Shown here: in pieces, positions 47,786-56,991 of the stretch | Layout of the letters: every line of letters begins with the position of its first letter | Position numbering within the stretch: position 1 is the first letter of the stretch | Assembly: GCA_965203355.1 (NCBI GenBank) | Contig: OZ241889.1 | Span: 3,584,001 to 3,648,000, forward strand | Reading direction: 5' to 3' | Source: Candidatus Latescibacterota bacterium | GTDB lineage: Bacteria > Latescibacterota > UBA2968 > UBA8231 | Length of the DNA: 64,000 bases | The notes under the pieces: generated by a model | Databases searched by the model: none | The model's input: the letters and a program-made list of their open reading frames with translations, nothing else | What the model was told of the DNA's origin: nothing | Translations under genes and position numbers: made by a program

Positions 47786-49345
47786 TCAGTCAAACGGCGG
47801 GAAGAAGGTCAGATCCGCGCCAAAGTTATCCATGGCCACCACCTCGTCGCCGCGCAGACGGGCGCGGATCGAGCGGGTCCGATGCCGCAGGACCAACTCT
47901 GTTTCGGCCAAGTCAAAGCCAATCTCAATCGGCGCGTGCAACGGCGGTTGGGCCAAAAAAAGAAACCTGCCCTCTAGGCGCGGCCGCGCAACCCCTTTTA
48001 CCACTAAGTCAGACGGCGCGACCCAGCCGGGCAGGCGCACCCACAACGGCCCCGGCCGCTTAACCTCAATGCGCAGGACATCGTGCGTATAGGGCGATTC
48101 AACGCGCACGGCCTCGGTCTCGTGGTCAAAGAGCAAATTGACCCGGTGCCCAGCCGGGCTGCTCCGCACCATCTCCCGGTACACCTCGCACAAAGACGCC
48201 ACCGCTCCGCCGACAATATCCATGTTAAAGCCAACCGCCTCCGCTCCGACCGGCTCGTGGCCGTACGGCGCGGGAAAGCCAAACGCTCCTCGGTGCCGCT
48301 CGGCCACGTTGCGCCGACCGTCCGCGCCCTCGGGGTTGGCCGGTTCGTCAATAAAGGAAGTGTCGCGCAACTGCGACGGCAGCATATGCCCCCGCACCAT
48401 GCGCTCGGCGTCTTGAAAGTACTCGCTCCAGCCCCAGCGCCCCAAGATCAGGGCGGTCTCGACCATATCGCCGGTATTGTTCACTTCGCCGCGGTCGGGT
48501 GGTGCCTCGGGATGTGTGCTTTCGACGACCCAGCCCAACGGGTCGCGCATGGCCCACAGGCCATTATCGTAAAACGCCTTGACGCGCAGCAGGAGCGCGG
48601 CGTCGCCCGTCAAATCAGCCAACTGCGCCAGCGACGACATGACGCAGGTGACCGAATGCGTGTGGTCGCCCAGCAACGCCCGGTCGTGGCCGCCGTCCGC
48701 CGTGAAAAACTCACCCGTAATTTTCTCGGCCAATTCCAACGCCAATTCCAAGGCCGGGCCATAGTCCGTAGCCCGATAGTACTTGACTAAAGGCCCCAAG
48801 GCCCGGGCTTCCCCCGGTATGAACAGACTCTCCCACACCTCCAGCCCCTGCCCCTGTAGCGTCGGCCGATCCCAGCCCTCGTCCGCGCTCCAATAGCGGC
48901 GAAACGCCTCAATACTGGCCTCAGCTAGCTGCCGGGCCCGGTCCGAGTCGCGGTATTGCACCAGCGGATAGAGTGCGTGGAAGCCCTCGCGGATATTGTG
49001 CGGAATGAAGTTGACCAGCGGACCGCCCAACTCGGCCCGGTTGAGCGGCATGGCAATGGGGCCACTGTGCGAATAGAACGCCGCGGCCGCGTGTTTTTCA
49101 ATGGCCGCTTCATCTATTTCGACGCCCACCGCGTCTTCGGCGTTGAGCAAGGCATTGAGATGGCGGCCGGGCACGTGCGCCTCCGAATGCGCGGCACTAA
49201 AGCGCAGCTCGGCTTGGGGACGCACCCGCGAGCCGAAAAACGGTATATCATGGTCGTCGGCATTGAAGACACTCGACATCGTGCGGCAACCCAATTCAAT
49301 GGCGCGGCGCACATCCGTGGTATTGACGTCTTGTAAACGAGCCAT
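47786..49345 (-). CDS. GH127/GH146-like (alpha/alpha)6 protein lacking the canonical cysteines
   Basis: HTHS...LAQLADLTGD...GEVNNTGD...EYFQDAERMVRGH...VNLLF...LWVRLPGW. Confidence 0.5.
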   Translation of the reverse strand: MARLQDVNTTDVRRAIELGCRTMSSVFNADDHDIPFFGSRVRPQAELRFSAAHSEAHVPGRHLNALLNAEDAVGVEIDEAAIEKHAAAAFYSHSGPIAMPLNRAELGGPLVNFIPHNIREGFHALYPLVQYRDSDRARQLAEASIEAFRRYWSADEGWDRPTLQGQGLEVWESLFIPGEARALGPLVKYYRATDYGPALELALELAEKITGEFFTADGGHDRALLGDHTHSVTCVMSSLAQLADLTGDAALLLRVKAFYDNGLWAMRDPLGWVVESTHPEAPPDRGEVNNTGDMVETALILGRWGWSEYFQDAERMVRGHMLPSQLRDTSFIDEPANPEGADGRRNVAERHRGAFGFPAPYGHEPVGAEAVGFNMDIVGGAVASLCEVYREMVRSSPAGHRVNLLFDHETEAVRVESPYTHDVLRIEVKRPGPLWVRLPGWVAPSDLVVKGVARPRLEGRFLFLAQPPLHAPIEIGFDLAETELVLRHRTRSIRARLRGDEVVAMDNFGADLTFFPPFD

Positions 49346-49353
49346 GGTCGTCT

Positions 49354-51147
49354 CTAGTTAAAGGGGCCGCCATGCACAAAGGCCCGCTGCCCCACAATCC
49401 CCGCACCCTGCACAATGTCATAGCGCGCCCCGGCCGCAAGCTGTTCGAGGCTTTCGACCGTCCCATCCGGCCAGCGAATTTCCAAGCGGTCGAGCCGCTC
49501 AGCCGCGCCCAAGCCAACGGTCACGGTCAGCGAACTGTGGCTCAAATAGGAAGATCCCGTGCGCACCATGAACACCTGCTCCTGCGTACCCACCCGCGCC
49601 GTCACCTTTGCGCCGATGGCGTCTCGGTTGGGTGCCTTGCCCGTCAGGTTGAGCGCGACTGCGCGGCCGGTCGGCCCCTCGTTGCGCAGCAGGTACGCCG
49701 GACCGCCATTGGTCGTCAGCAGCACGTCCAAGTCGCCGTCCGCGTCGATATCGCCGACAGCCAGCCCCCGCGCCACGAGCGGCTTGCGGAACGGATCGCC
49801 GGCCTGCTCCGACACTTCGACCATGCGCCCGTCGCCGTCATTCCAAAACAACTGCGGGGCCTGCTGGTACTCGATCTCCTTCTGCGTCGAGTTGATCTCG
49901 GGCTCAATGTGCCCATTGGCCAAGATCAGATCTTGGTACCCGTCGAGGTCGTAGTCGAAAAAGCGCAGGCCAAAGGTCAGCGGCTGTAGCGTTGCCTGCA
50001 TCAGCCGAGCTTGGCCCGCCGCATCGACGAAAACCGCGCGGCCGGCTTGGCGGTAGAGCGAGAGGGCCTCGCGGCTGAAGTTGCCAATGGCGATGGAGAG
50101 CACACCGTCGTTGGCTACCGAGGCAATATCCACGCCCATGCCCGCGCGCGCCCGTCCGGTCTCGTCATAGCCAATGCCGGCCGCAAGACCCCGCTCGGCA
50201 AAGCGACCGCCCCCTAAATTTTGCAACAGGAAATTGGGCTGCGTGTCGTTGGTGACGACCAAGTCAATGCGACCGTCGTCTTCAAAATCGGTCATGGCCA
50301 CGCCCATGGACTTGCCCTCGGGCAACAACAGGCCCGCTTCTTGGGTTATCTCCCGGAAGCGGCCCGCGCCCAGATTGCGGTAGAGCCTCGGCGTCGAGCC
50401 GGGATACTGCTGTGGCGTGGCGTAGGACTTTTCCGTGCCGTCGAGCGTGGTGTAAATGTCGGTGCTGGGCGACCAGCGCACGTAGTTGGTCACCAACAGA
50501 TCGAGCCAGCCATCGCCATCCACATCGACCCAAGCCGCGCCTGTCGACCATTCGGGATTCTCATGGCCCGCGTCATCCCGCCACACCGCACCGGCCACGC
50601 CCGCGGCCCGCGCTACATCGACAAAGCGGCCCGCGTCGTTGCGCAACAGCAGATTGGGCCCCAAGGTCGTCAGGTAAATATCCAAGTCGCCATCGGCGTC
50701 GTAATCGGCAATCGTCGCGCCCATGCCATAGACGGAAAAGTCTAGGCCCGCGCGCTTGGTTGCATCATCAAAGGTGCCGTTGCCGAGATTGCGGTAGAGC
50801 TTGCTGGGGGCCTTTTCGCCGCTCCAGCCTTCGCTGTTGACCAAAAGCACGTCCAGCCAGCCATCCCGATCGTAATCAAAAAGCGCGCAGCCGCTGCCCA
50901 TAGTTTCCGGCATCCACTTGTCGCCGCGTGCCCCGGTCTCGTGCGCGAACTCAAGACCGGCCGACCGCGCCACATCGACAAAGCGCACCGCCGGCGCCGC
51001 TTTCCGGCTGCGGCCGACTGCGTAGTCCGCGGCCGGTTGGGTGTATTCGGGCACCGGGGCGACCTCTTTGGGTTGCTCGTCGCCGCAGGCCACCCACAGC
51101 AACGCGCCGACCAAGAGGCCCCCGATCATATTATGAGCTTGCGGCAT
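49354..51147 (-). CDS. CRTAC1-family lipoprotein (FG-GAP + ASPIC/UnbV)
   Basis: Lipobox WVAC, PETMGSGCALFDYDRDGWLD, NRDAIGAKV...GSSYLS...WPDG. Confidence 0.9.
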   Translation of the reverse strand: MPQAHNMIGGLLVGALLWVACGDEQPKEVAPVPEYTQPAADYAVGRSRKAAPAVRFVDVARSAGLEFAHETGARGDKWMPETMGSGCALFDYDRDGWLDVLLVNSEGWSGEKAPSKLYRNLGNGTFDDATKRAGLDFSVYGMGATIADYDADGDLDIYLTTLGPNLLLRNDAGRFVDVARAAGVAGAVWRDDAGHENPEWSTGAAWVDVDGDGWLDLLVTNYVRWSPSTDIYTTLDGTEKSYATPQQYPGSTPRLYRNLGAGRFREITQEAGLLLPEGKSMGVAMTDFEDDGRIDLVVTNDTQPNFLLQNLGGGRFAERGLAAGIGYDETGRARAGMGVDIASVANDGVLSIAIGNFSREALSLYRQAGRAVFVDAAGQARLMQATLQPLTFGLRFFDYDLDGYQDLILANGHIEPEINSTQKEIEYQQAPQLFWNDGDGRMVEVSEQAGDPFRKPLVARGLAVGDIDADGDLDVLLTTNGGPAYLLRNEGPTGRAVALNLTGKAPNRDAIGAKVTARVGTQEQVFMVRTGSSYLSHSSLTVTVGLGAAERLDRLEIRWPDGTVESLEQLAAGARYDIVQGAGIVGQRAFVHGGPFN

Positions 51148-51184
51148 ACCATGTGCGTCCTTCGGCGAGCGGCCCGGCCAACCC

Positions 51185-54046
51185 TCAACCTTCCCCCAAT
51201 GGATGAACGTGGATCTTGAGAGCCTCGCGGTTGGCGTGCGGATGCGCCAGCCGGTAGCGGCGCGTCAGTTCCTGAGCCGACTCGTCGATCTGGTAATACT
51301 GGTACGCCTGCTCGGCGACGAGTGCCTCGTCCTCGCGGCCCAGGGCGCGCAGCGAAAGCATCCGATGGTAGTGGGCGACGCGGTCCTCCGGGTCAATGGC
51401 CAGCACGCGGTCGAGAGCCGCCAAAGCCTCGGCAAAGCGGCCGTCGAGGTACAACACCCGACCGAGGTTGCGCCACGTAGCCCGGTCCTCGGGAAAGTCG
51501 CGCAGCACCCGGCGATACGCCTGCGCGGCCGCTTCGTAGCGGCCATCCTCCTGCAACACCACACCCCAGACCCAAGCCGTCTGCCCATCGCCGCTAACGA
51601 GGGCCTCGCAGTCCGCCAAATGCCCGTAGGCCCGCTCCAGGTCGCCGTCGCGCACGGCCACCTTGGCCAAGTTGCGGCAGCCGTCTAAGCGCTCGGGCGC
51701 GAGCCGTTCCACCCTGGCAAAAGCCCGGGCGGCCCCTTGGGTGTCGTCTTGCAGCAGCAAGCCAATGCCATAGTCGTTGAAGCGCGTCCAGTCGCCCACA
51801 TCCGGCGCACTCGGCGCGGACGGTCCGCCCACCCCCAACGTCACCTCGCTGCGGGCGATCTCGGTCACCGGCAAGTCCGGCACTTGGTCGAAGCGGCGGA
51901 AACCTGCGCGGTTGTTGTTAAAGGCAAATTCCGTATAAGCGCGGTCGAACTTGCGCCACAGCAACCGCGCCCGCAGCGTCAGCGTGCGCCCGGCGTAACC
52001 TGCGGGCACCGCGAAACTGTAGTGGGCTACATCGGCTGCACCCGGCCCAATGGTGCGCACGTACACGGCAGTGACGATGTCTTGGGCGTTGCGCCGATGG
52101 ATGGCTTCGCCTTTTGCATCGACCATCAGTGCCTTGTAAAAGTGCGCCGCTGGATCGACGTGCCCGTCGTCTTGGACCGCCCCGTTCAAAGCTATCACCG
52201 CGCCATCGTCGCTCACCACCGAGACCTCGAGCCAGCCCTCGTTGGAATCGTTGGTCCCGCCCGGGAACGTGTGCCCAACGCCTTTGTTGCGCACCACTAC
52301 GTCGAAGGTGTACTCGCCGCCGGGCACCAGCACAGGTTGGCTTTTGTCCAATGCGTAGTGCGCTCCTTCTTGGTGGTGCAGTGCGAACACATCGACGCGG
52401 AGTTTTTCGTCTTGCAGAAATTCCTCGATCCGCGCGATGGTCTCCTCGTCGCCGCGGATGTAGGGCAAGGCCGTGTTGACCGCCAAAAAGCGATGCGACT
52501 TGACGTACCCATCCCGCGCCGACACGTCGCCAGCGACCGCTTCCTCCAGCGGCATGTGGCAGTCTTGGCAGACCCGCTTGACCTCCGGCAAGTAGAACGT
52601 CCTCGCAGCGTTGAGTGCCACGCCGCTGTCGTGCCAACTGTCGTATTCGTTTTGGCCGCGCAGCCAGCGGTAGCCATTGACGCGCGTGTCGAGGCTGACC
52701 TTGTGGCAGGTCGCGCAAAACTCAGAAGTGCGGAAGAAGGGCTTGAGCATCTGCTTCTTGTGGACGATGGGCCGCGCCTTCAGCGCGGTGTCGTGCAAGA
52801 AGCGGCCCACGCCTTCTTTGGCCTCGGCGAACAGATAGGGATCCTCCTGCTCGTCGGCGATGTTGTAGTTGCCGTTGCCGGTCTGGTCGTGAATGGCGTC
52901 GATGGCGTGGCAACCTAGGCAGGTCAGCCCGGCTTGGGCTTGGGGCGAGGCGCGGTCGATCTCGGCGGTCATTTGGCCCGCCAGCATCAGCGCTGGATCG
53001 TGGCAGCCCGAACACCACTTGGACTTGATCTGGCCCTCCTCGCCCGCCAAGTCCTTGTAATAGGCGATATGCGCGTCAACCTCGGCATTGCTCTCGGTCG
53101 AGTTGCGGCGCATGTGATTGATCGTCGCCTCGTAGAAGGGGTTGTTAAACGACGCAAAGCGATGCGCTGACGTCGCCCACTGTTCGACGATGGCCGCGTG
53201 GCAGCGGGCGCACGTCTGCGCGCCAATCGGCTCGTTGACCACAAAGCCGTACTCGTCGATGTCTTCAGCGAGTTTTTCCGGCTGTGCGCGATCGCCGCGC
53301 GTGATAATCCGCGCGGGCAACACATCGCCGGTCGTAGTCGTAGTAGCCGCTGGGAAAAAGGGACTTTCAGCCGGAACAAAATTGGCGGGAACAAATTCGT
53401 CTGGGGCAAAGTCCGCGACCTGTCGCGCCTTGGAACCTGGGCCAGTGTGCTTGCCAGCGGCAAAGGCCTGCTCGGCCGCCGGCGTGTACTGCTCGCCGCT
53501 ATAGGTCAGTCCGTGTAGCACCACGGCCAGCACCAACAACCCGACCACGGCCGCCGGCACCACGCGATAGGTCCGCGCCGCGGGCTTCCACAGCGAGAGA
53601 CGGCGGTGCGCCAAGTAAAAGAGCGGGACTAAAACCGCCGCCGCCACGTGGCTCCAGTACGCCACTGGATTGCCGCGATTGCTCGCCGCACTGAGGATGA
53701 ACAGCCCACTGATGGCCAAGACGATGCCCAGCGCCAGCGTAGCAATACCCGTGTAGATGGCCCGCTTGCGGCTCTTGCGCCACACCGCCGGTAAGTGCCA
53801 AGCCACAAAGCCCAGCGCCAGCACCACCAACACCAAGCCGACGCCCGTATGCGACAGCACCATGCCTTGGTAAAACTTGGGCAGGGAAATGTCGGTCAGG
53901 GCGAAATAATCGAAATCAAGAGCGTCGGCCAGCCGATTGATCAGCAAATAGAGCGTATCGGCGACCATGAAGACGCCCAAGGCCACCACGACCTGCAAGG
54001 CCCGTTGCTGGCGAGTGCTCAGGCGACTCGGGGTTTTCTTTGGCAT
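51185..54046 (-). CDS. Membrane-bound pentaheme c-type cytochrome (c554-like) with C-terminal TPR
   Basis: N-terminal TM helices, five CxxCH motifs (CARCH, CSGCH, CLGCH, CATCH, CQDCH), GHTFPGGT, TPR tail. Confidence 0.85.
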   Translation of the reverse strand: MPKKTPSRLSTRQQRALQVVVALGVFMVADTLYLLINRLADALDFDYFALTDISLPKFYQGMVLSHTGVGLVLVVLALGFVAWHLPAVWRKSRKRAIYTGIATLALGIVLAISGLFILSAASNRGNPVAYWSHVAAAVLVPLFYLAHRRLSLWKPAARTYRVVPAAVVGLLVLAVVLHGLTYSGEQYTPAAEQAFAAGKHTGPGSKARQVADFAPDEFVPANFVPAESPFFPAATTTTTGDVLPARIITRGDRAQPEKLAEDIDEYGFVVNEPIGAQTCARCHAAIVEQWATSAHRFASFNNPFYEATINHMRRNSTESNAEVDAHIAYYKDLAGEEGQIKSKWCSGCHDPALMLAGQMTAEIDRASPQAQAGLTCLGCHAIDAIHDQTGNGNYNIADEQEDPYLFAEAKEGVGRFLHDTALKARPIVHKKQMLKPFFRTSEFCATCHKVSLDTRVNGYRWLRGQNEYDSWHDSGVALNAARTFYLPEVKRVCQDCHMPLEEAVAGDVSARDGYVKSHRFLAVNTALPYIRGDEETIARIEEFLQDEKLRVDVFALHHQEGAHYALDKSQPVLVPGGEYTFDVVVRNKGVGHTFPGGTNDSNEGWLEVSVVSDDGAVIALNGAVQDDGHVDPAAHFYKALMVDAKGEAIHRRNAQDIVTAVYVRTIGPGAADVAHYSFAVPAGYAGRTLTLRARLLWRKFDRAYTEFAFNNNRAGFRRFDQVPDLPVTEIARSEVTLGVGGPSAPSAPDVGDWTRFNDYGIGLLLQDDTQGAARAFARVERLAPERLDGCRNLAKVAVRDGDLERAYGHLADCEALVSGDGQTAWVWGVVLQEDGRYEAAAQAYRRVLRDFPEDRATWRNLGRVLYLDGRFAEALAALDRVLAIDPEDRVAHYHRMLSLRALGREDEALVAEQAYQYYQIDESAQELTRRYRLAHPHANREALKIHVHPLGEG

Positions 54047-54105
54047 GGCTTATGGCCGGCGGGATGGCCGGATTGAGTCCTGTAAAGATAGGAGGTGCGC
54101 ACGGC

Positions 54106-54828
54106 CTATGCCCATTGCCCTCGCACCCAGCCGACGACCTTTTCGACCAGGACCTGCGTGTGCGCGCTAAAGACGTGGTCTGCTCCGTCGATGACGATGA
54201 GTTCGGCATTGCCGCCAGCTCGGGCGAGGATGTCGTGCGAATCGGCCAGCGGCACCACGTCGTCTTCGCTGCCATGCACCAGCAGCCAAGGCACGACAAT
54301 CTCAGACCCGCGTCGCACCACGCTGTCGATTTGGGCCATGTCATCCATGTAAACTTGCGAGAGCGGGTAGTCAGGCTCTTCCCACATGCAGCCCTCGCCG
54401 GGCACCACCTCCCCGAACTCGCGCTCGGCAAAGGCGTGGGTATGCACCATACCTGCCAAGGAGACGAGCAGGCCGATGCGCTCGTCGCGGCAGGCGCACA
54501 AGACGCCGACCGCCCCCCCCATGCTGTGCCCGACATAGCAGACCGAGTAGCCGTCTAAAGCACTGAGCACCGCGCCGAGATCTTCGACTTCTTTGGAGAT
54601 CGTTGCATCGGCAAAGCGGCCCTCGGACGCGCCGTTGCCAGCAAAGGAAAAGCGCAGCGCGTGGATGCCAGCGGCCGCTAACCCCTCGGCCAGCGCGGCG
54701 ACAAAGGGGCGATCCTTGTTGCCGGTCACGCCGTGCCCCAAGACAGCCATGTGCCGCGATCCTTCCGCGCCGGCGTGAAAAGTGTAGTCCAGCACTTCGC
54801 CGGACGGGTTGCGAATGGTTCCGAACAT
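54106..54828 (-). CDS. Alpha/beta hydrolase
   Basis: HG.TGNKD, GHSMGG, VHGSEDDVVP, GADHVF. Confidence 0.9.
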   Translation of the reverse strand: MFGTIRNPSGEVLDYTFHAGAEGSRHMAVLGHGVTGNKDRPFVAALAEGLAAAGIHALRFSFAGNGASEGRFADATISKEVEDLGAVLSALDGYSVCYVGHSMGGAVGVLCACRDERIGLLVSLAGMVHTHAFAEREFGEVVPGEGCMWEEPDYPLSQVYMDDMAQIDSVVRRGSEIVVPWLLVHGSEDDVVPLADSHDILARAGGNAELIVIDGADHVFSAHTQVLVEKVVGWVRGQWA

Positions 54829-54911
54829 GGGGTTACTCCTTCACGGGTATTATATGATCATTTTTATGTAACGCTCAGTGTGGCAATCAGCAGCCGGTGT
54901 TCTAGTATTTC

Positions 54912-55688
54912 TTATATCCACGCTTGAGGTTGTTGTTTGAGGACGCGCTCGGCGAGTGGACCGAAGTACGACCGGGTTGTTGTGAAGAAAGGGACCAACC
55001 GGCCAGCGTCATCCGGCATCAGTACGGAGCGCATCCAAGCATCCATAATATCCGAATCGTCCGGGTCGCCAATTTGATCCGCCTCTTCCTCGAGATTGTT
55101 CCACTGCTTCTCCCGCACTGACCTAAGCCGTTTCGCGTTGAGGTTCAAAATCTCGATGGTGCGAGTCACGCGAACGGCGGGAATACCCGCCGATTTGCAC
55201 GCATTCTCATTGACTTCGATCCGTCCATCAACAAGCACTTTTGTAAGTGACGGTAGCGCGGGCAATTTCCGAGGCTCTAAAAACTCTGCGTCATTGAGGT
55301 CTCTCTTCTTCTGACCACAGCTCATATTATCCTTTACTGGCTCAAGATACCGATCTTCATCGCTGCTTCTTTCAGAGGAAGCAAACACGGATGATGTTCC
55401 GCCTTTGCAGCAAGCGATCATGTTGGTGATGTCCACCTCTCTTGATGCTCCTTGCTGCTGACCTCTCCGCGGAATGATGTGCTCAATCTGGCGATCTAGA
55501 TCTGTAAGATTGATCTCGCAGTAGCCGCACAACCCGTGCTGAACATCAATCAATTTTTCAATGAGTTCGCTATAGGATGCACCAGCATTGTGGTCGCGGA
55601 AATCATTCCAACTTGCATTGTCGCCTACAACTTTGAGGTATTCGGCAAGGCCGGGAGTGGGCTTGTTTCGTTCGCTGATCCTCTTCAT
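54912..55688 (-). CDS. ptuB: HNH endonuclease, Septu/retron-effector PtuB-like (TIGR02646-type)
   Basis: QHGLCGYCE...IEHIIPR...NMIACC...SCGQKK...TIEILNLN. ATGA overlap with the ATPase. Confidence 0.8.
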   Translation of the reverse strand: MKRISERNKPTPGLAEYLKVVGDNASWNDFRDHNAGASYSELIEKLIDVQHGLCGYCEINLTDLDRQIEHIIPRRGQQQGASREVDITNMIACCKGGTSSVFASSERSSDEDRYLEPVKDNMSCGQKKRDLNDAEFLEPRKLPALPSLTKVLVDGRIEVNENACKSAGIPAVRVTRTIEILNLNAKRLRSVREKQWNNLEEEADQIGDPDDSDIMDAWMRSVLMPDDAGRLVPFFTTTRSYFGPLAERVLKQQPQAWI

Positions 55689-56980
55689 TGCGACTCGGCC
55701 ATCTGCTTGAACATCTTGCGTCGCCGGATTTCGAGGTCGGCCCTATTAAGAGCGTAATCGCGTGGTGAGATCTGTTCGAGCTTACGCCTAAGTGCCAAGG
55801 CTTCTTCGGATTCTCCCTCACCCTCGCTAACCAGACGCCGGTATCGATTCAAGACTTTCGTGAAGTCGTTATCGGGCCGTTCATTTACACCCATCACCAC
55901 GGAAAGAACGTCCCCCGCCTCAGCCCCATAAGTCGCCCCCTCTGGTGGCCCGGCAACAATGCGGTCCCTCTCCCTATACAACTTCACAATGCACTGCGGC
56001 TCGACCGTGGTCAGCACCTGCGGGCTGTGAGTGGAAACAATGAACTGCGTATTCGGAAATGTCCGCGCCAGATCTATCAACACCCGCTGCTGCCAAGAAG
56101 GGTGTAAGTGAAGTTCTACCTCGTCAATCAGGACAATCGCCTCGGATGCGAGCGGGTCGTCCAAATGCGGATTGCCCTGCACCATTCGCCGCGCCAGATC
56201 GGCCGCCAGTGCCAGCACAATGCGATAGCCACCGCTCAACTGGTCGAGCGAGAGCTTTTCTACTTGTCCTTGCTCCGATTCCCAAGACACCACAAAACGA
56301 GGCGGATTCGACTCAGTACGAGGATCGGACACTTCCGGAAGCATAGACGAGATCGCTTTGCGCACCGCAGATACTTCTTTTAGCTGATAATCAAAATCGC
56401 GGAGTTCCTTTTGTTCCCTCAATTCCTCGTCCTCCTTGAAATAGAACCAAGCGAAAAGATCCTCAAAGTCCGTGCGGGCAGAAAGCGCCCCTTTCAGCGC
56501 ATCTAACCGTAGAATTTGACGCGGCAACTGGCGCGGTGATACCACCGATTCTGGTACATCTGAAACTATCCGATCAGTACCATAAAGGACACCCATCGGC
56601 ATATCATTGCGCTCTGCATGGCTATTCTCGACTAGTGCCTTGTCCAGATCTTCCTGGTGGGCCAACATCCTTTCCTCCGCCTTCCTCCGCTTAACCACCG
56701 ACTTAGTCCCTTGTTGCTCAAGAACACATCCGTCCGTTAAAGTAAGCGATACCCGCGGATTTCCTGCGCCCTCGCGCCAATCCCCTTCGCAAAAATAAAT
56801 GAAGACATCGAGAAATGGTCCGAGCATATCCTCATGTCCTAATCCCACCGCAATCGCGCTCAGAACGCTCGTCTTACCACACCCATTGTCGCCGTGCAAA
56901 ACTGTCAACGACGGGGCGAGCGGCAGTTTGAGTTTCTCAATGGCGCGATAGTTTTCGATCTCCACAGATTTCAGTTTCAC
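55685..56980 (-). CDS. ptuA: ABC-type (AAA_21-like) ATPase, Septu PtuA-like
   Basis: GGAGG RBS + GTG 56980. Walker A GDNGCGKTS, LSGGY, VLIDEVELHLHPSWQQ, IVSTHSP. Confidence 0.8.
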   Translation of the reverse strand: MKLKSVEIENYRAIEKLKLPLAPSLTVLHGDNGCGKTSVLSAIAVGLGHEDMLGPFLDVFIYFCEGDWREGAGNPRVSLTLTDGCVLEQQGTKSVVKRRKAEERMLAHQEDLDKALVENSHAERNDMPMGVLYGTDRIVSDVPESVVSPRQLPRQILRLDALKGALSARTDFEDLFAWFYFKEDEELREQKELRDFDYQLKEVSAVRKAISSMLPEVSDPRTESNPPRFVVSWESEQGQVEKLSLDQLSGGYRIVLALAADLARRMVQGNPHLDDPLASEAIVLIDEVELHLHPSWQQRVLIDLARTFPNTQFIVSTHSPQVLTTVEPQCIVKLYRERDRIVAGPPEGATYGAEAGDVLSVVMGVNERPDNDFTKVLNRYRRLVSEGEGESEEALALRRKLEQISPRDYALNRADLEIRRRKMFKQMAESQ

Positions 56981-56991
56981 AAGCGCACCTC

